Both the position numbers and the translations under genes were made by a program. Below are positions 53,690 through 64,000 of a stretch of 64,000 nucleotides of DNA, piece by piece (position 1 is the first letter of the stretch; each line of letters starts with the position of its first letter). The stretch is from Candidatus Altimarinota bacterium (lineage in GTDB: Bacteria > Patescibacteriota > Gracilibacteria > BD1-5 > UBA2023): contig JANMHM010000057.1 in NCBI GenBank assembly GCA_031375155.1, forward strand, positions 2,661 to 66,660, written 5' to 3'. The notes under the pieces were generated by a model. The model ran no database searches. It worked only from the letters and a program-made list of their open reading frames with translations, and had not been told where the DNA came from.

Positions 53690-56600
53690 ATGCAAGAGAA
53701 AATAACTTATCCAAATATGACACTCAATAACTCATCAGAATCTGTTCGAGAATCCAGCGAGCAAAGCACTCCTAAGAATCAAAAAAATATTATGGAGCTC
53801 GCAAGTGATGCCGTCTATAAAAAAGTACAATCACACCAATATGATGAGGCGACATTGCTCACAGAGATCAATAAAAAAGATCCTAGCGAGATACTCAGAG
53901 CAACTCGAGAAACAATGAGAGTTCTCTGTACTGAGTCTCCGAGTGACTACTCAAGTCTCACTGAAGAGGATATTAAGAATAAAGTATCCAACGCATCTAT
54001 CATAGAAATGTATAGGAAAATTCTCTGTAACCTCAAGAAGTCTCAGGAGCAACTCAAAAATAGAGTTATCGGTCAATATGCATCTGATACCTTTATCACG
54101 ACGACACGGTCTGGTCAAGAAAATATAACTCTTCTTGACGAATGGGTAGATGGTCAAAATGAGTATGATATCATACATATGCTTAAATCAAGGGCTCGTC
54201 TCGAAAAAGCACTAAAACTGGCATTTGGACACAAACTGGAGACATTCACTACCAAAGAAGAAAGTATCGAAAACTATCTCGAAATCCTCGGAGTAACACC
54301 GAATGATCTTCCCGTAAAAGTACAGAACTCTTGGTATAATCTCACTACAAAAGATAAGTATGCAACACCCAAAGATGCTGTTGTATTTATGGATTTTGTG
54401 CGCGATGCCCCTTGCTCGATGCACGAGAAAAGAAAAATAATCACAGACCTTCTTTCTCTCCACTTTCCTGACGGGATGAATATGAAGGAAGCTGTAAGAC
54501 TCGGTTTTATCGACACAAAAGAGGCTCTACGTATCACAAAAAAACAGCTAGCAAAATGGCTTCAAGATAGCGCTTACTTCGATATAAGTGATCCTGAGAT
54601 AAAGCGCGAACGTGAAACTTGGGCATGAAGAATTCTTACGGACACGACTATGAGCACCTATGCTCTTTCGGAAATCCTTTCGAACGATGCACATCTCGAT
54701 AAATTTCTCGAGAAAGATATCCATGGACGTCCCAATATACTCGAAGAAGCTCTGGCAAAAGGAGTAGAAGACAATAAAAGTGAGTATGAATCTCATAAAT
54801 TCAACGATGATGCATTCGCAGGTGAACTCGATACGGCAGACTGGCATGGGTCTTTCCGAAAATCAGTCAAAAAAATACAGACAAAAGAATGAGGGGAAAA
54901 GATTAAGAATATAGATGCGCGTATCCCTGGATCAGTACTCCACTTCACGGTCGATGATGGAAACGGTAAAAGTGATGAAGTATATTTTCAGATCGAAGAA
55001 GTGGATGTAGAAATGAATGAACTCTATAAGATAGTAGATAAAGATGGTGAGAAAACTCCACTCAAACACAGAGGGATGAGAATGCTCAACATGACTCGAG
55101 AGTGAGGAATCGGTCCAAAATGAAGCTGGAAACCGAGAGAAGAGACGTATACAAAACTCATTGGCTGGATGCGTGGGAATGATGTTTCTAGTGGAGAGGT
55201 ACTCTCTTGAGAAGAGTTTGCCGAAAGAAAAAATTCATCAGAGAGCGATAAAATACCCACGGTCTACGATGAAGATGAAGATGTGATCGATAGCATAGAA
55301 AAACTTGAGGGTGCTATCTGATTTCGACCGCAGAAAGATATGATGCTCTCGTTCGAGTATGAGAAAGGTCGACCAGAAAGGGTGCGTATCACTAGGATAG
55401 ATGAAGTCAATGGAACGATCACGCTTACCGATGATATAGAGTCTCAACAGATAAGTTTTGCCCAATTTACAACTTTTTGTCGAAAGTACTCTCTAAGAAA
55501 GGGTACGACGCTCGGAAATGTGGATGACTTCTCTAATATTATCAAGGAGATGAGTGGATTCTCCGACGTTGTGATCGATGGATGAGTACTGTATCAAGTG
55601 ACAAAGGATAAAGGAGCCGAAAAAAGAATACCCATTACACATCTTAGCAATAATGCGGGGGAAGTCATGGAGATAGAAAGTATTGGAAATGATGGGTTTT
55701 CTTTTAAGTACGGGAAGATCGAAAAATCCGAGGATACAAAATGAAATCCAAAGATAAAAAAAATGAAGGGAGACTCTCAGAAGGCCTGATTTGTACAGTT
55801 CCTGAAATTTATTGACTCCAGTGGAGAAGGATTTACACCGTATTTTGCTACCGATAAAAAGGAGCTTGATGTCGAGCCGAGTACTCATCTGCATGGGTAC
55901 TGGTTGACCAAATTTCTTTCTGGTACGAGTATCAATGATATGACAAAGGGGTTCGAAATTTTTACTCATGCTATAGAACACAAACTCGAGAAAAATTCAA
56001 AATTTAACTCTGCGAAATTCGCTGATCGATATCTCTCTCGATTCATGCCAGAGAGTTTTCGTGGTCAGCTCAAAAGTGAAATGTATTCAGTCCAAAATGA
56101 AGCTATGGAGAGCATATTGAAGATGCTCGAAGATACTATGAGTGGAAAAGAAGCTCGTATATACGTAAGAAAAAAGATCCTACTTAATAAAGATGCTCGA
56201 TTCGAGGAAGTCCTCGCTGGTATGCTCTACTTAGCGAAGAAGACTGGGCAACTCTACTCAGAAGAAAACTCTGATCTCGCGAACTCAAAACTCTGGTTCC
56301 ACCAGCTCGCTCGTACTTCTGGATATACGACCGCGCAAAGTAGAAATGATCTCTGGAAGAAAGCAGCAGCAAAAAGTCCAAAATGAGAATTTGCAGTCGA
56401 GACAGACGTGATCGAACGCGTATTGAAGCTGTTTGAAGGTCAACAAATGCGTATACCTCCGAATATTGCACCGAAATTCGCAGGATATATCGCAGAGGGA
56501 ATCTCAGGTCAGGAAGAAAAATGAGAAAAAGAGGTCAACATGCTCTCCAATATCGACCAAATGAATGACTATGCGATGTCCAAGCTCAATGTATGAGAAG

Positions 56601-57787
56601 GATATAAGGCAGCAAAATGTCTGGATCGTATTTATGGCAAGAATGGTGATCCTATAAAACTTAATACGATACCCTTTACTCTGGTCATGTCGAATATGCC
56701 AGAGCTTCTCGGAACCGACTTCGGAAAGAAACTCCATAGCCAAGCTGTAGGAGAGCAGATCCGTACGAGCCATGCATTGGCATTCGGGAATGATGTCAAT
56801 AAGGTGAAAATGTATCGTGCAATGGTATGGGAGGCAGCTGAGGAACTCAAACGGAGATGAAGTCCGGATGTCCTCAGTGACCTCAGAACGTTAGAAGATG
56901 AACGGTCTCATGTTGGAGAGGAGTCTCATATCGAAGGAAAGACCGAAGACGGTCAAAAGCAATTTATCAATAATATAGCCCTCTTCTGGAAAAAACACGG
57001 GGGGGCACTTCATCCTATACTCCAGATGACAGATCCGTATATCAAGACTCACCTCGATAATAAAGTCTGTAAAGACTATGCTAGTCGTATAGGAATGATC
57101 ACCGGGATGCAACGAAGGCGAGATAATATACTCAAAACAGACCAAATGGGGGAAGGAAACTGGAAGTATGATCATACTCCTCCAATGGACTTCAAAAATC
57201 TTGTATATGCCTCCGTGCGAAGTATAAGTAGTCACGATAAGAGCATGTCAAACGATATGTATGAGCAAGGTTTTGTACCAGGAGTACTTTGAGCAATGAA
57301 TAAACTCAGGGTAATGAGTACGTCTGATTTTCCAGAATGGAATGGTCTTCCAGAGACAGAAAAACAAACAAGGCTCGAAAAAAAGCAAAAAGAAATTTTT
57401 ACTGAATACTATATTACTCTTATATATTATCTTCGATCAAGTATTAATAAGGAATATTATGATAGGAGTGCTAAAGATCGAAACTACATTCGTGATCTAG
57501 CAGATCAGTGAATACAACTTAAATCAGAAGATTTTAGAATTCCCAGACATACGAAACCTGCTGATATTCATGATGGTGATGATGAAAAAGCTGAACGTAA
57601 TGCTCAAGAGCTCGATAATTATGATGCTTCTCGTATCGAGGAATCCTTTAGGGCTTTCCTTTCTGCTGAGCCTGACAGACGACGCGGAGTCTATGCGACT
57701 ATGCGAGATTCTCGGGAGGGTGTGGTAAAATGACTCGATAATAAGATCCACTGAAGAAGACTCGACTATGATAATGAGGGCGCTTAG
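53690..57787 (+). CDS. giant hypothetical protein (1365 aa), no signal peptide recognised
   Basis: Fragments 53663-54628, 54650-54892, 55340-55585, 55904-56386, 57026-57292 and 57296-57511 are in one frame. I found only TGA between them, and the first TAG is at 57785-57787. No known domain recognised. Confidence 0.8.
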
Positions 57788-58164
57788 ACCTCCACTCCCC
57801 TCACATGCCAGAGTCGGTGCCCGATGGTACCGTCTTTTTTCGGCATGATACCGATAAAGTCGATACGAGCAGACTCTTCAGAAACACCCTTCATCATGAG
57901 ATAGTGCATCACCGTCCGCTTCATCACTCGACGTTTCATAGGAGTGAATGTATCGAGCGGATGTGCATGGGTCTCATCGAAGCGATACCTGACTTCGACG
58001 AACACGAAAATATCATCCTCTTTCGCGATGATATCGATCTCTCCTCATCGGATAGTATGATTGGTCGCGATGATCTCATATCCTTTCTCCTCGAGATAGC
58101 GTCTCGCGATGAGCTCTCCCTGATCTCAGATACTCCGACGAGAAGGTTTTTTGGTATCGGTCAT
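57784..58164 (-). CDS. yraN: YraN family endonuclease (UPF0102)
   Basis: GELIARRYLEEKGYEIIATNHTIR-G-GEIDIIAKEDDIFVFVEVRYR...ARIDFIGI. Confidence 0.85.
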
Positions 58165-58178
58165 TACTAGAAATAATG

Positions 58179-59060
58179 CTAGAGAGAACTCACTCTTTTT
58201 TTCAGGAACTCGAGAAGCTGAGGGCCGAGATCTTCGCGTGCGAGTGCATAGTCGATCGTCGCCTTCAGAAAGCCAAACTTATCTCCCGTATCATAGCGAT
58301 CTCCCTCGATCTCGAGTCCGTAGAGAGCCTTATCATCGGCGAGCATCCGAGCAAAGGCGTCAGCAAGACGGATCTCTCCATCCTTACTCGCACTTGTCGC
58401 GTCCATCTCGAGATAGCGAAAAACTTCAGGAGTGATGACGTACTTCCCGATCACACCGAGTCGAGATGTCGTCTCTTCTGGTTTTGGTTTTTCGAGAAAT
58501 TTCGATACCGAGAAGAGTCTCCCTTCCTGTGATGATGACTCGATGATACCGTATGATGAGACACGTTTATCCCCTACTCGCTCGAGAGCGATGATAGGAG
58601 TATGCTTCTCCTCATAGGCTCGGATAAGCTGACTCGCTCATGACTCTTCTCCACGGATGAGATCGTCTCCGAAAAGGACGAGACATGGCTCATCTCCGAT
58701 CCACTCTCGAGCTCGCAGGAGAGCATCACCATCTCCACGAGGGATAGGCTGACGCACATAGGCGATACGAGCGAGATTCGATACTTTTTCGACTTCTGCG
58801 AGTTCCCTCGTTTTTCCTTTTTCCACGAGTGTCTTCTCGAGCTCGTAGGACACATCGAAGTGATCCTCGATCGATCTCTTCCCACGACCTGTGATGATGA
58901 TGATATCCGTAATCCCTGCAGATACTGCTTCTTCTACGAGATACTGGATGACAGGCTTATCGACGATCGGAAGCATTTCTTTTGGCTGAGCCTTGGTCGC
59001 TGGGAGAAATCGTGTCCCAAAACCAGCCGCAGGAATAATACACTTTCTTATAAGAGACAT
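58179..59060 (-). CDS. galU: UTP--glucose-1-phosphate uridylyltransferase
   Basis: [64 protein letters not shown]...[14 protein letters not shown]. The two fragments are joined by TGA 58638-58640. Confidence 0.93.
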
Positions 59061-59075
59061 AAAAATCTATAGATA

Positions 59076-59708
59076 TTAGTTAATATCAGCAGTTGGAAGT
59101 CTCTGTGACTGACTTTTTGCGAGAGACTGGCACATATTTTTCATAGGAACGCTTTTTATCTCATCGCAGTCATCTTCATTCACTGGATTTTTTTGAGTGA
59201 TGATGCTCATTTTGCATCCGTCGATACGATCCTGTGACTGTGTATCTCCAGGAGTCATGGATTTTGGATATTCAGAAGCGAGGAGATCACATTTTTTGAG
59301 ATTCGAAGTAGTGACTGCATCAGACTGCATGATACTGATACGACACTCTCTCTTATAGGTATCTACGAGTGTATCACAGATCTTGATATCAGCAGATTCC
59401 ATCGCTTGTATACTGATAACACCGTACTTGCAGGCATCACGACCGGAACTATCAGGAAGCTCTTCGCAGAAAGTGACAGATTTTTGTGCACGAGCAAGGG
59501 CATTCCCTACTTGAGACACACACATATTGATATTTGGCTTCATACAGTCTTCGAACTCTTTCGTATCTTTTATCTTTGATGATGCCTTTTCGAGAGTCTC
59601 TACATATCCTCACTGAAAATCTCATGCGAGAGGGGTATCGCTTTTTTCTGTAGCACAGCTCGAGAGGAGAAGAAGTGAGGAAAGAAGGAGAAATATATAT
59701 GTACGCAT
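59076..59708 (-). CDS. lipoprotein of the Cys-repeat family (paralogue type of 49314-50282)
   Basis: MRTYIFLLLSSLLLLSSC has a lipobox-like end, followed by repeated C-x(n)-C units (CEELPDSSGRDACKY, ICDTLVDTYKRECRI, KCDLLAS...). Confidence 0.7.
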
Positions 59709-59808
59709 AAAAGAAAAAGAAAAATACTCTTCTAGTATATAAAAAAATGAATACGAACAAAAAATAAATACTTGCCAAATAGAAGGAATATTCTTTTTCT
59801 ATAGGAAG

Positions 59809-60882
59809 TTATTGTCACGCTGCTTTTTCGAGCTTCGCTGTCTGATCAGCGATCGCGAGTGCATCTATGATATCACCGAGGTCACCCATCATGATCGTGG
59901 GAAGATTGGAAAAATTCGCATTGATACGATGATCGGTGATACGGTCTTGGGGAAAGTTATAGGTGCGGATCTTCTCGCTGCGATCACCAGTTCCGACTTG
60001 GGCGAGTCGGGCTGCACCCTCGGAGTCAGCTTTTTTTTGCTCTTCCTGAGCATAGAGACGTGCCTTCAGGACTGAGATCGCTTTTATCTTATTTTGGAGC
60101 TGGGACCTCTCATCCTGACACTCGACTGCGAGACCTGATGGGAGGTGGACGACGCGGATAGCTGAGTTTGTTTTGTTGACATGCTGACCACCGGCTCCAC
60201 TCGCGCGACACGCCATGATATCGAGATCTTCTTCTCGGAAGTCGATATCGACATCTTCTGCCTCTGGCATGACAGCGACAGTAGTCGTAGATGTATGGAC
60301 TCGACCATTTTTCTCAGTCGCAGGGATGCGCTGCACTCGGTGGACTCCATATTCGAACTTAAATCGTGAATACGCTCCGACTCCGTCAATCTTAAAAATG
60401 ACTTCCTTATATCCTCCTGCATCATTCCACGTCTCACTCATGACTTCTATAGAGAAACCTTCCGTTTTAGCAAAATTCTTATATGCTTCAGCGAGCTCAT
60501 GAGCAAAAAGCCCCGCCTCATCTCATCCAGCACCAGCACGGATCTCGAGAATGATATTTTTATCATCATTAGGATCTTTCGGAAGGAGAGCGAGCTTCAG
60601 AGCTTCTTCGAGTTCGGGGATTTTCTTCTCGGCGATTGCTATATCTCACTTCATCATTTCGAGCATTTCAGCATCTTTCTCATCGATGACGAGCGTCTTT
60701 ACCTCATCGTAGTTCTCATAGATGAGTTTATATTCACGATAGAGCTCCACGGTTTTTTCCATGGATTTCTTTTTTTGGTTGACAGTTTTAAGTTTTTTCA
60801 GATCACTGTAGATCGCTGGATCAGCGAGCTCTCGTTCGAGTGACTCGTAGTCGAGGATGAGATTATCAAGTTGGAATTTCAT
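59809..60882 (-). CDS. prfA: peptide chain release factor 1
   Basis: RAGAG-G-DEAGLFA has its Gly encoded by TGA at comp. 60523-60525. [17 protein letters not shown] is the RF1 P-x-T motif. [18 protein letters not shown] is the GGQ motif. The listed TGA end at 59815 is read through, to TAA at comp. 59809-59811. Confidence 0.95.
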
Positions 60883-61005
60883 GGAAAGAAGATTTTAGGA
60901 AGGTATTATATGTAAATGTAGGAAAAGTCGAGTGGAAAAAATGTATTCACTCTCAAATATTCTCACTTTGACTTCGCTTCGTTTTTTCATAGTATCTTTC
61001 TACTT

Positions 61006-61089
61006 GCCCAGATGGTGGAATGGTATACACGGAGGTCTCAAAATCCTCTGCCTTCGGGCTTGCGGGTTCAAGTCCCGCTTTGGGCACCA
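61006..61089 (+). tRNA. tRNA-Leu (anticodon CAA), class II with long variable arm
   Basis: GCCCAGA acceptor, D-arm GTGG..CAC, anticodon loop CTCAAAA (T33, CAA, A37), variable arm TGCCTTCGGGCTTG, T-arm GCGGG-TTCAAGT-CCCGC, encoded CCA. Confidence 0.9.
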
Positions 61090-61101
61090 AATAGAACAAA
61101 A

Positions 61102-62034
61102 ATGGCTATAAAAAAACGTGTCACATCACCGAAAATGCCACTCGCTGTCAAAAAAACTCTCGGACCATGGCATGACTATATCAATCCTCCTCTGGATGAT
61201 ATCGATATTCTCGTCAAAAAGCATGAGTTCCATGAGCTCGACCGTGAAGCAATACTCGAAGAAAATCAATACGCACGTATCGATACATACGATGACTATC
61301 TTTTTCTCGTACTGCATTTTCCGAAATTCGAGCCGAGTACAGAGCGCTATATCCATAATGAGCTCAATATTTTTATCGCAAAAGACTACCTTCTCACATT
61401 TCGCTACTATCAGTCGAGTACGATGAAAAAGGTCTACGATCGCTATGAGACAAGTCTCGAGAAATCGGGGCATGTAAGTCCTGCATTTCTCCTCTATGAT
61501 ATCATCGAGAGCTACCTCGATAAGTCGATGCGGATGCTCGAAAGATTCGGCAAAGATCTGAAGTCCATCGAGCGCGACCTCTTCACTGCACGTGGAAATG
61601 AGCTCATCAAAAGTATCATGACAAGAAAACGAAATATCATCACGCTCAAGCATATGATGAAGCCTCAGATCGCTGTACTCAAGATGATAGAAATCCGTAT
61701 GAAAGAGCGGTTTTCTGAAGAAGTAGAGCTCTACTTCGAGAATCTCGAAGATAAGCTCGATAAGATATTCTCAGAGATCCAGCTCCTCCAGGAAAATATC
61801 GACTCTATGGAAGATACACTCAAAAGTGTATTCGATCTCGAGACCAATACGACGATCAAATACCTCACGACTTTCTCTGCATTTATGCTCCCACTTACAC
61901 TTCTCACTGGTGTGTTCGGTATGAATGTCGAAAGTGGGCACTTCAATAACTTTCTCATAATAGCATCCATCGTCGTCGTGACACTCTTTCTCATACTTAT
62001 CACTCTTCTATTTCGAAAGAAAAAAATACTGTAA
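61102..62034 (+). CDS. corA: magnesium/cobalt transporter CorA
   Basis: C-terminal YLTTFSAFMLPLTLLTGVFGMNV (GMN motif) plus a second TM. ATG 61102 was chosen because the longer listed ORF start overlaps tRNA-Leu. Confidence 0.93.
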   Translation: MAIKKRVTSPKMPLAVKKTLGPWHDYINPPLDDIDILVKKHEFHELDREAILEENQYARIDTYDDYLFLVLHFPKFEPSTERYIHNELNIFIAKDYLLTFRYYQSSTMKKVYDRYETSLEKSGHVSPAFLLYDIIESYLDKSMRMLERFGKDLKSIERDLFTARGNELIKSIMTRKRNIITLKHMMKPQIAVLKMIEIRMKERFSEEVELYFENLEDKLDKIFSEIQLLQENIDSMEDTLKSVFDLETNTTIKYLTTFSAFMLPLTLLTGVFGMNVESGHFNNFLIIASIVVVTLFLILITLLFRKKKIL

Positions 62035-62037
62035 TCC

Positions 62038-62778
62038 ATGTTTTCTCAGGTACTCAAATATAGTCTCGTCACTCTCATCACTCTCTCCTGAAGTACGAGC
62101 TCTCCTGTAGTCGCTCCAGAAAAGGGGAACTTCGAGATGCAGAGAGTGAAAATAGAGATCATTCCTATTATCGAATCCTGAGAAAATAGAGCGTCTGGAT
62201 CAGACATGTCACTCACAAAGTTTGTCAGTAAAAATATCAGTCTCACTGATACAAGCTATGCTCCTCAGGATCTCGTAAGTATAAGTGGCTCGATCTCTAT
62301 AAATGAAGCTGGACGTACTCTATTTCTCAGGAAGGAAGCACGTAATGCCCTCTGGATAATGGCTTGAGATTTCTCTCGTGAGTTCGGCGTACCTCTCACT
62401 GTCATCAGCGGATATCGCAGTGCTGCCTATCAGCAGCGGATGTGGGATCAGTGAAGATGTACCGATACGCTCTGTGCGCCTCCTGGATACAGCGAACACC
62501 AGCTCTGACTGGCTATAGATCTATTCGATGCGACGACAGAGACCGAGTACTATAAAAATGCTCGCTATAGAAAATATATCGCCTGGCTCCAGGCACACGC
62601 TCACGAGTATGGCTGGCACCAGAGTTACCAAAAATGAGAATACGTGGATGCTTATGAAGTCGAACCATGGCACTGGAGATATCTCGGTATCGATCTCGCG
62701 ACTAAGCTCCATAAGCTCGATATGAGTTATACAGAGTATGTGAGATTCACAGGGATATTCGACATAATGCAAAGATAA
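62038..62778 (+). CDS. D-alanyl-D-alanine carboxypeptidase, VanY/peptidase M15B family
   Basis: ISGYRSAAYQQRMW, PPGYSEHQL-G-LAIDLF and EPWHWRYLG (the H-x-D...H zinc-peptidase pattern of VanY). Open to TAA 62776-62778. Confidence 0.85.
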
Positions 62779-62780
62779 AA

Positions 62781-62808
62781 AATCCCGAAACGAATTCGGG
62801 ATTTTTTA
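62781..62808. terminator. bidirectional hairpin terminator
   Basis: AATCCCGAA-acgaa-TTCGGGATT flanked by A- and T-runs, between convergent genes. Confidence 0.65.
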
Positions 62809-62825
62809 TAAGAAAATCTATATTT

Positions 62826-64000
62826 TTACCAAATCCTTGGTTTCTTTGCACCTATAATATCCTTCATCGCCTGTTCGAAGACATGTCCGACCATCAGGCA
62901 TTTCTCCTCTCCGAGAAGAGGCCCAAGAATCTGGAGACCCACAGGAAGCTCGATACTCGTATCATCTGGTGGACTCGCATATCCTGCAGGTACAGTAAGT
63001 CCTGGGAGTCCTGCGAGAGATGCTGGGATCGTGAAGACATCTTCGAGATAGAGCTTCATCGGATCTCCTGATTTTTCTCCGAGTTTCCACGCGACTGATG
63101 GTGTCGTCGGACAAGCGATGACATCCACTTCGGTAAATGCGTGAGCAAAGTCATCACGGATAAGCTGTCGTACTGCAGAAGCTTTTCGATAATACGCGTC
63201 GTAAAATCCTGATGAGAGGACATATGATCCCACCATAGATCGACGCTGGACCTCTTTCCCGAGTCACTCGGCACGACTAGTCCCGATATCGAAGGCTCAT
63301 GTCGTAGTATGTCCATATCGGATACCATCATAGCGAGCCATATTCGATGAGACCTCTGCAGGACAGATAATATAGTAGGCTGATATACCATACTGTGTAT
63401 GGGGAAGTGATATATCCACGATCTCCGCTCCGAGTGAGCGAAGCGTCTCGATCGCCTCTCGTATCGTCTTCTCGACACCTGGCTCGATCCCGTCGATGAA
63501 GTACTCTTTCGGGATACCGACTCTCACTCACTTGAGATCTCTACGACTCCAGATAGAGGGGTCGACCTTTACCGCTTCTCTGAGAGATGTCGCATCAAGT
63601 AGATCATGTCCTGCTGTCGTCTCATAGAGCATACTCGCATCTCGCACGGTACGAGTGAAGTATCATGGAGTATCCAGAGATGACGCCATAGAGATGACGC
63701 CGTAGCGACTATTGCGTCCATATCATGGTTTCCACCCTACGATTCCACACATACTCGCAGGCTGTCGTATACTCCCTCCAGTATCAGTTCAGAGAGCTGC
63801 TGGCACTATCCCAGATGCGACCGCAGCAGCCGATCCAGAGGATGATCCTCAGGGGATACGAGTCGAATCCCAGGGATTTTTGGTCGGACGATACGCACTA
63901 TTTTCTCCACTTGATCCCATCGCATACTCATCCATATTCGTCTTTCCGAATGGGACAAATCCCGCTTTTTTCATACTATCTGTGACGGTCGACTCATATG
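62826..64000 (-). CDS. gatA: Asp-tRNA(Asn)/Glu-tRNA(Gln) amidotransferase subunit A (C-terminal ~390 aa; N-terminus beyond the window)
   Basis: Amidase signature region ...[14 protein letters not shown]...[13 protein letters not shown], then VGIPKEYF and a C-terminal [15 protein letters not shown] stop at comp. 62826-62828. Confidence 0.93.

Noticed and set aside
59809-59817. prfA appears to stop at TGA 59815-59817.
   Set aside because: Under table 25 the frame continues for two codons (G, Q) to TAA at comp. 59809-59811.
61006-61089. The string TCA in the anticodon loop raised the possibility of the UGA-decoding tRNA(UCA).
   Set aside because: With T33 and purine-37 placed correctly the anticodon is CAA. 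The long variable arm and D-arm are those of a class II tRNA-Leu.
61012-61101. The listed corA ORF starts at 61012.
   Set aside because: That start lies inside tRNA-Leu. The first ATG after the tRNA (61102) gives a normal CorA N-terminus.

Overview
Gene-dense bacterial chromosome segment from an organism that reads UGA as glycine (translation table 25). I infer a Gracilibacteria/Absconditabacteria-type CPR lineage from this. The supplied standard-code ORF track therefore splits almost every real gene. In-frame TGA falls on invariant Gly positions in DnaK, RecA, DnaJ, LexA, UvrB and RF1. Only TAA/TAG act as stops, and the one release factor present is RF1. After reading through TGA I can support about 60 CDS, 3 tRNAs (Met-CAT, initiator-like CAT, Leu-CAA), a CIRCE operator upstream of dnaK, several intrinsic terminators and several repeat families. 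Housekeeping genes recognised by motif are sod (partial), recG, trxA, dnaJ, lexA, recA, dnaK, bcp, uvrB, frr, mfd, ruvA, earP, galU, prfA, corA, a VanY-type peptidase and gatA (partial). The accessory content is more interesting. (1) recG carries an in-frame DUF559 endonuclease cassette bounded by hairpin-containing terminal inverted repeats. Related solo hairpins sit in frame inside two other genes. (2) A covarying GTCAT...ATC hairpin repeat family fills intergenic regions. Small GIY-YIG and four-helix-bundle ORFs are flanked by direct repeats. (3) A minus-strand four-gene locus (30137 to 19267) encodes a 1348-aa orphan protein, a 59-aa membrane peptide, a 2092-aa DUF11-repeat surface protein and a 92-aa internally duplicated peptide. 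(4) There are further giant or secreted proteins, paralogous coiled-coil peptides, a stand-alone RelA/SpoT-domain protein, an AbiEii-like toxin-antitoxin pair and a CHASE2 adenylate cyclase. (5) Two structured non-coding regions remain unassigned. All domain names come from motif recognition by eye; no searches were run.
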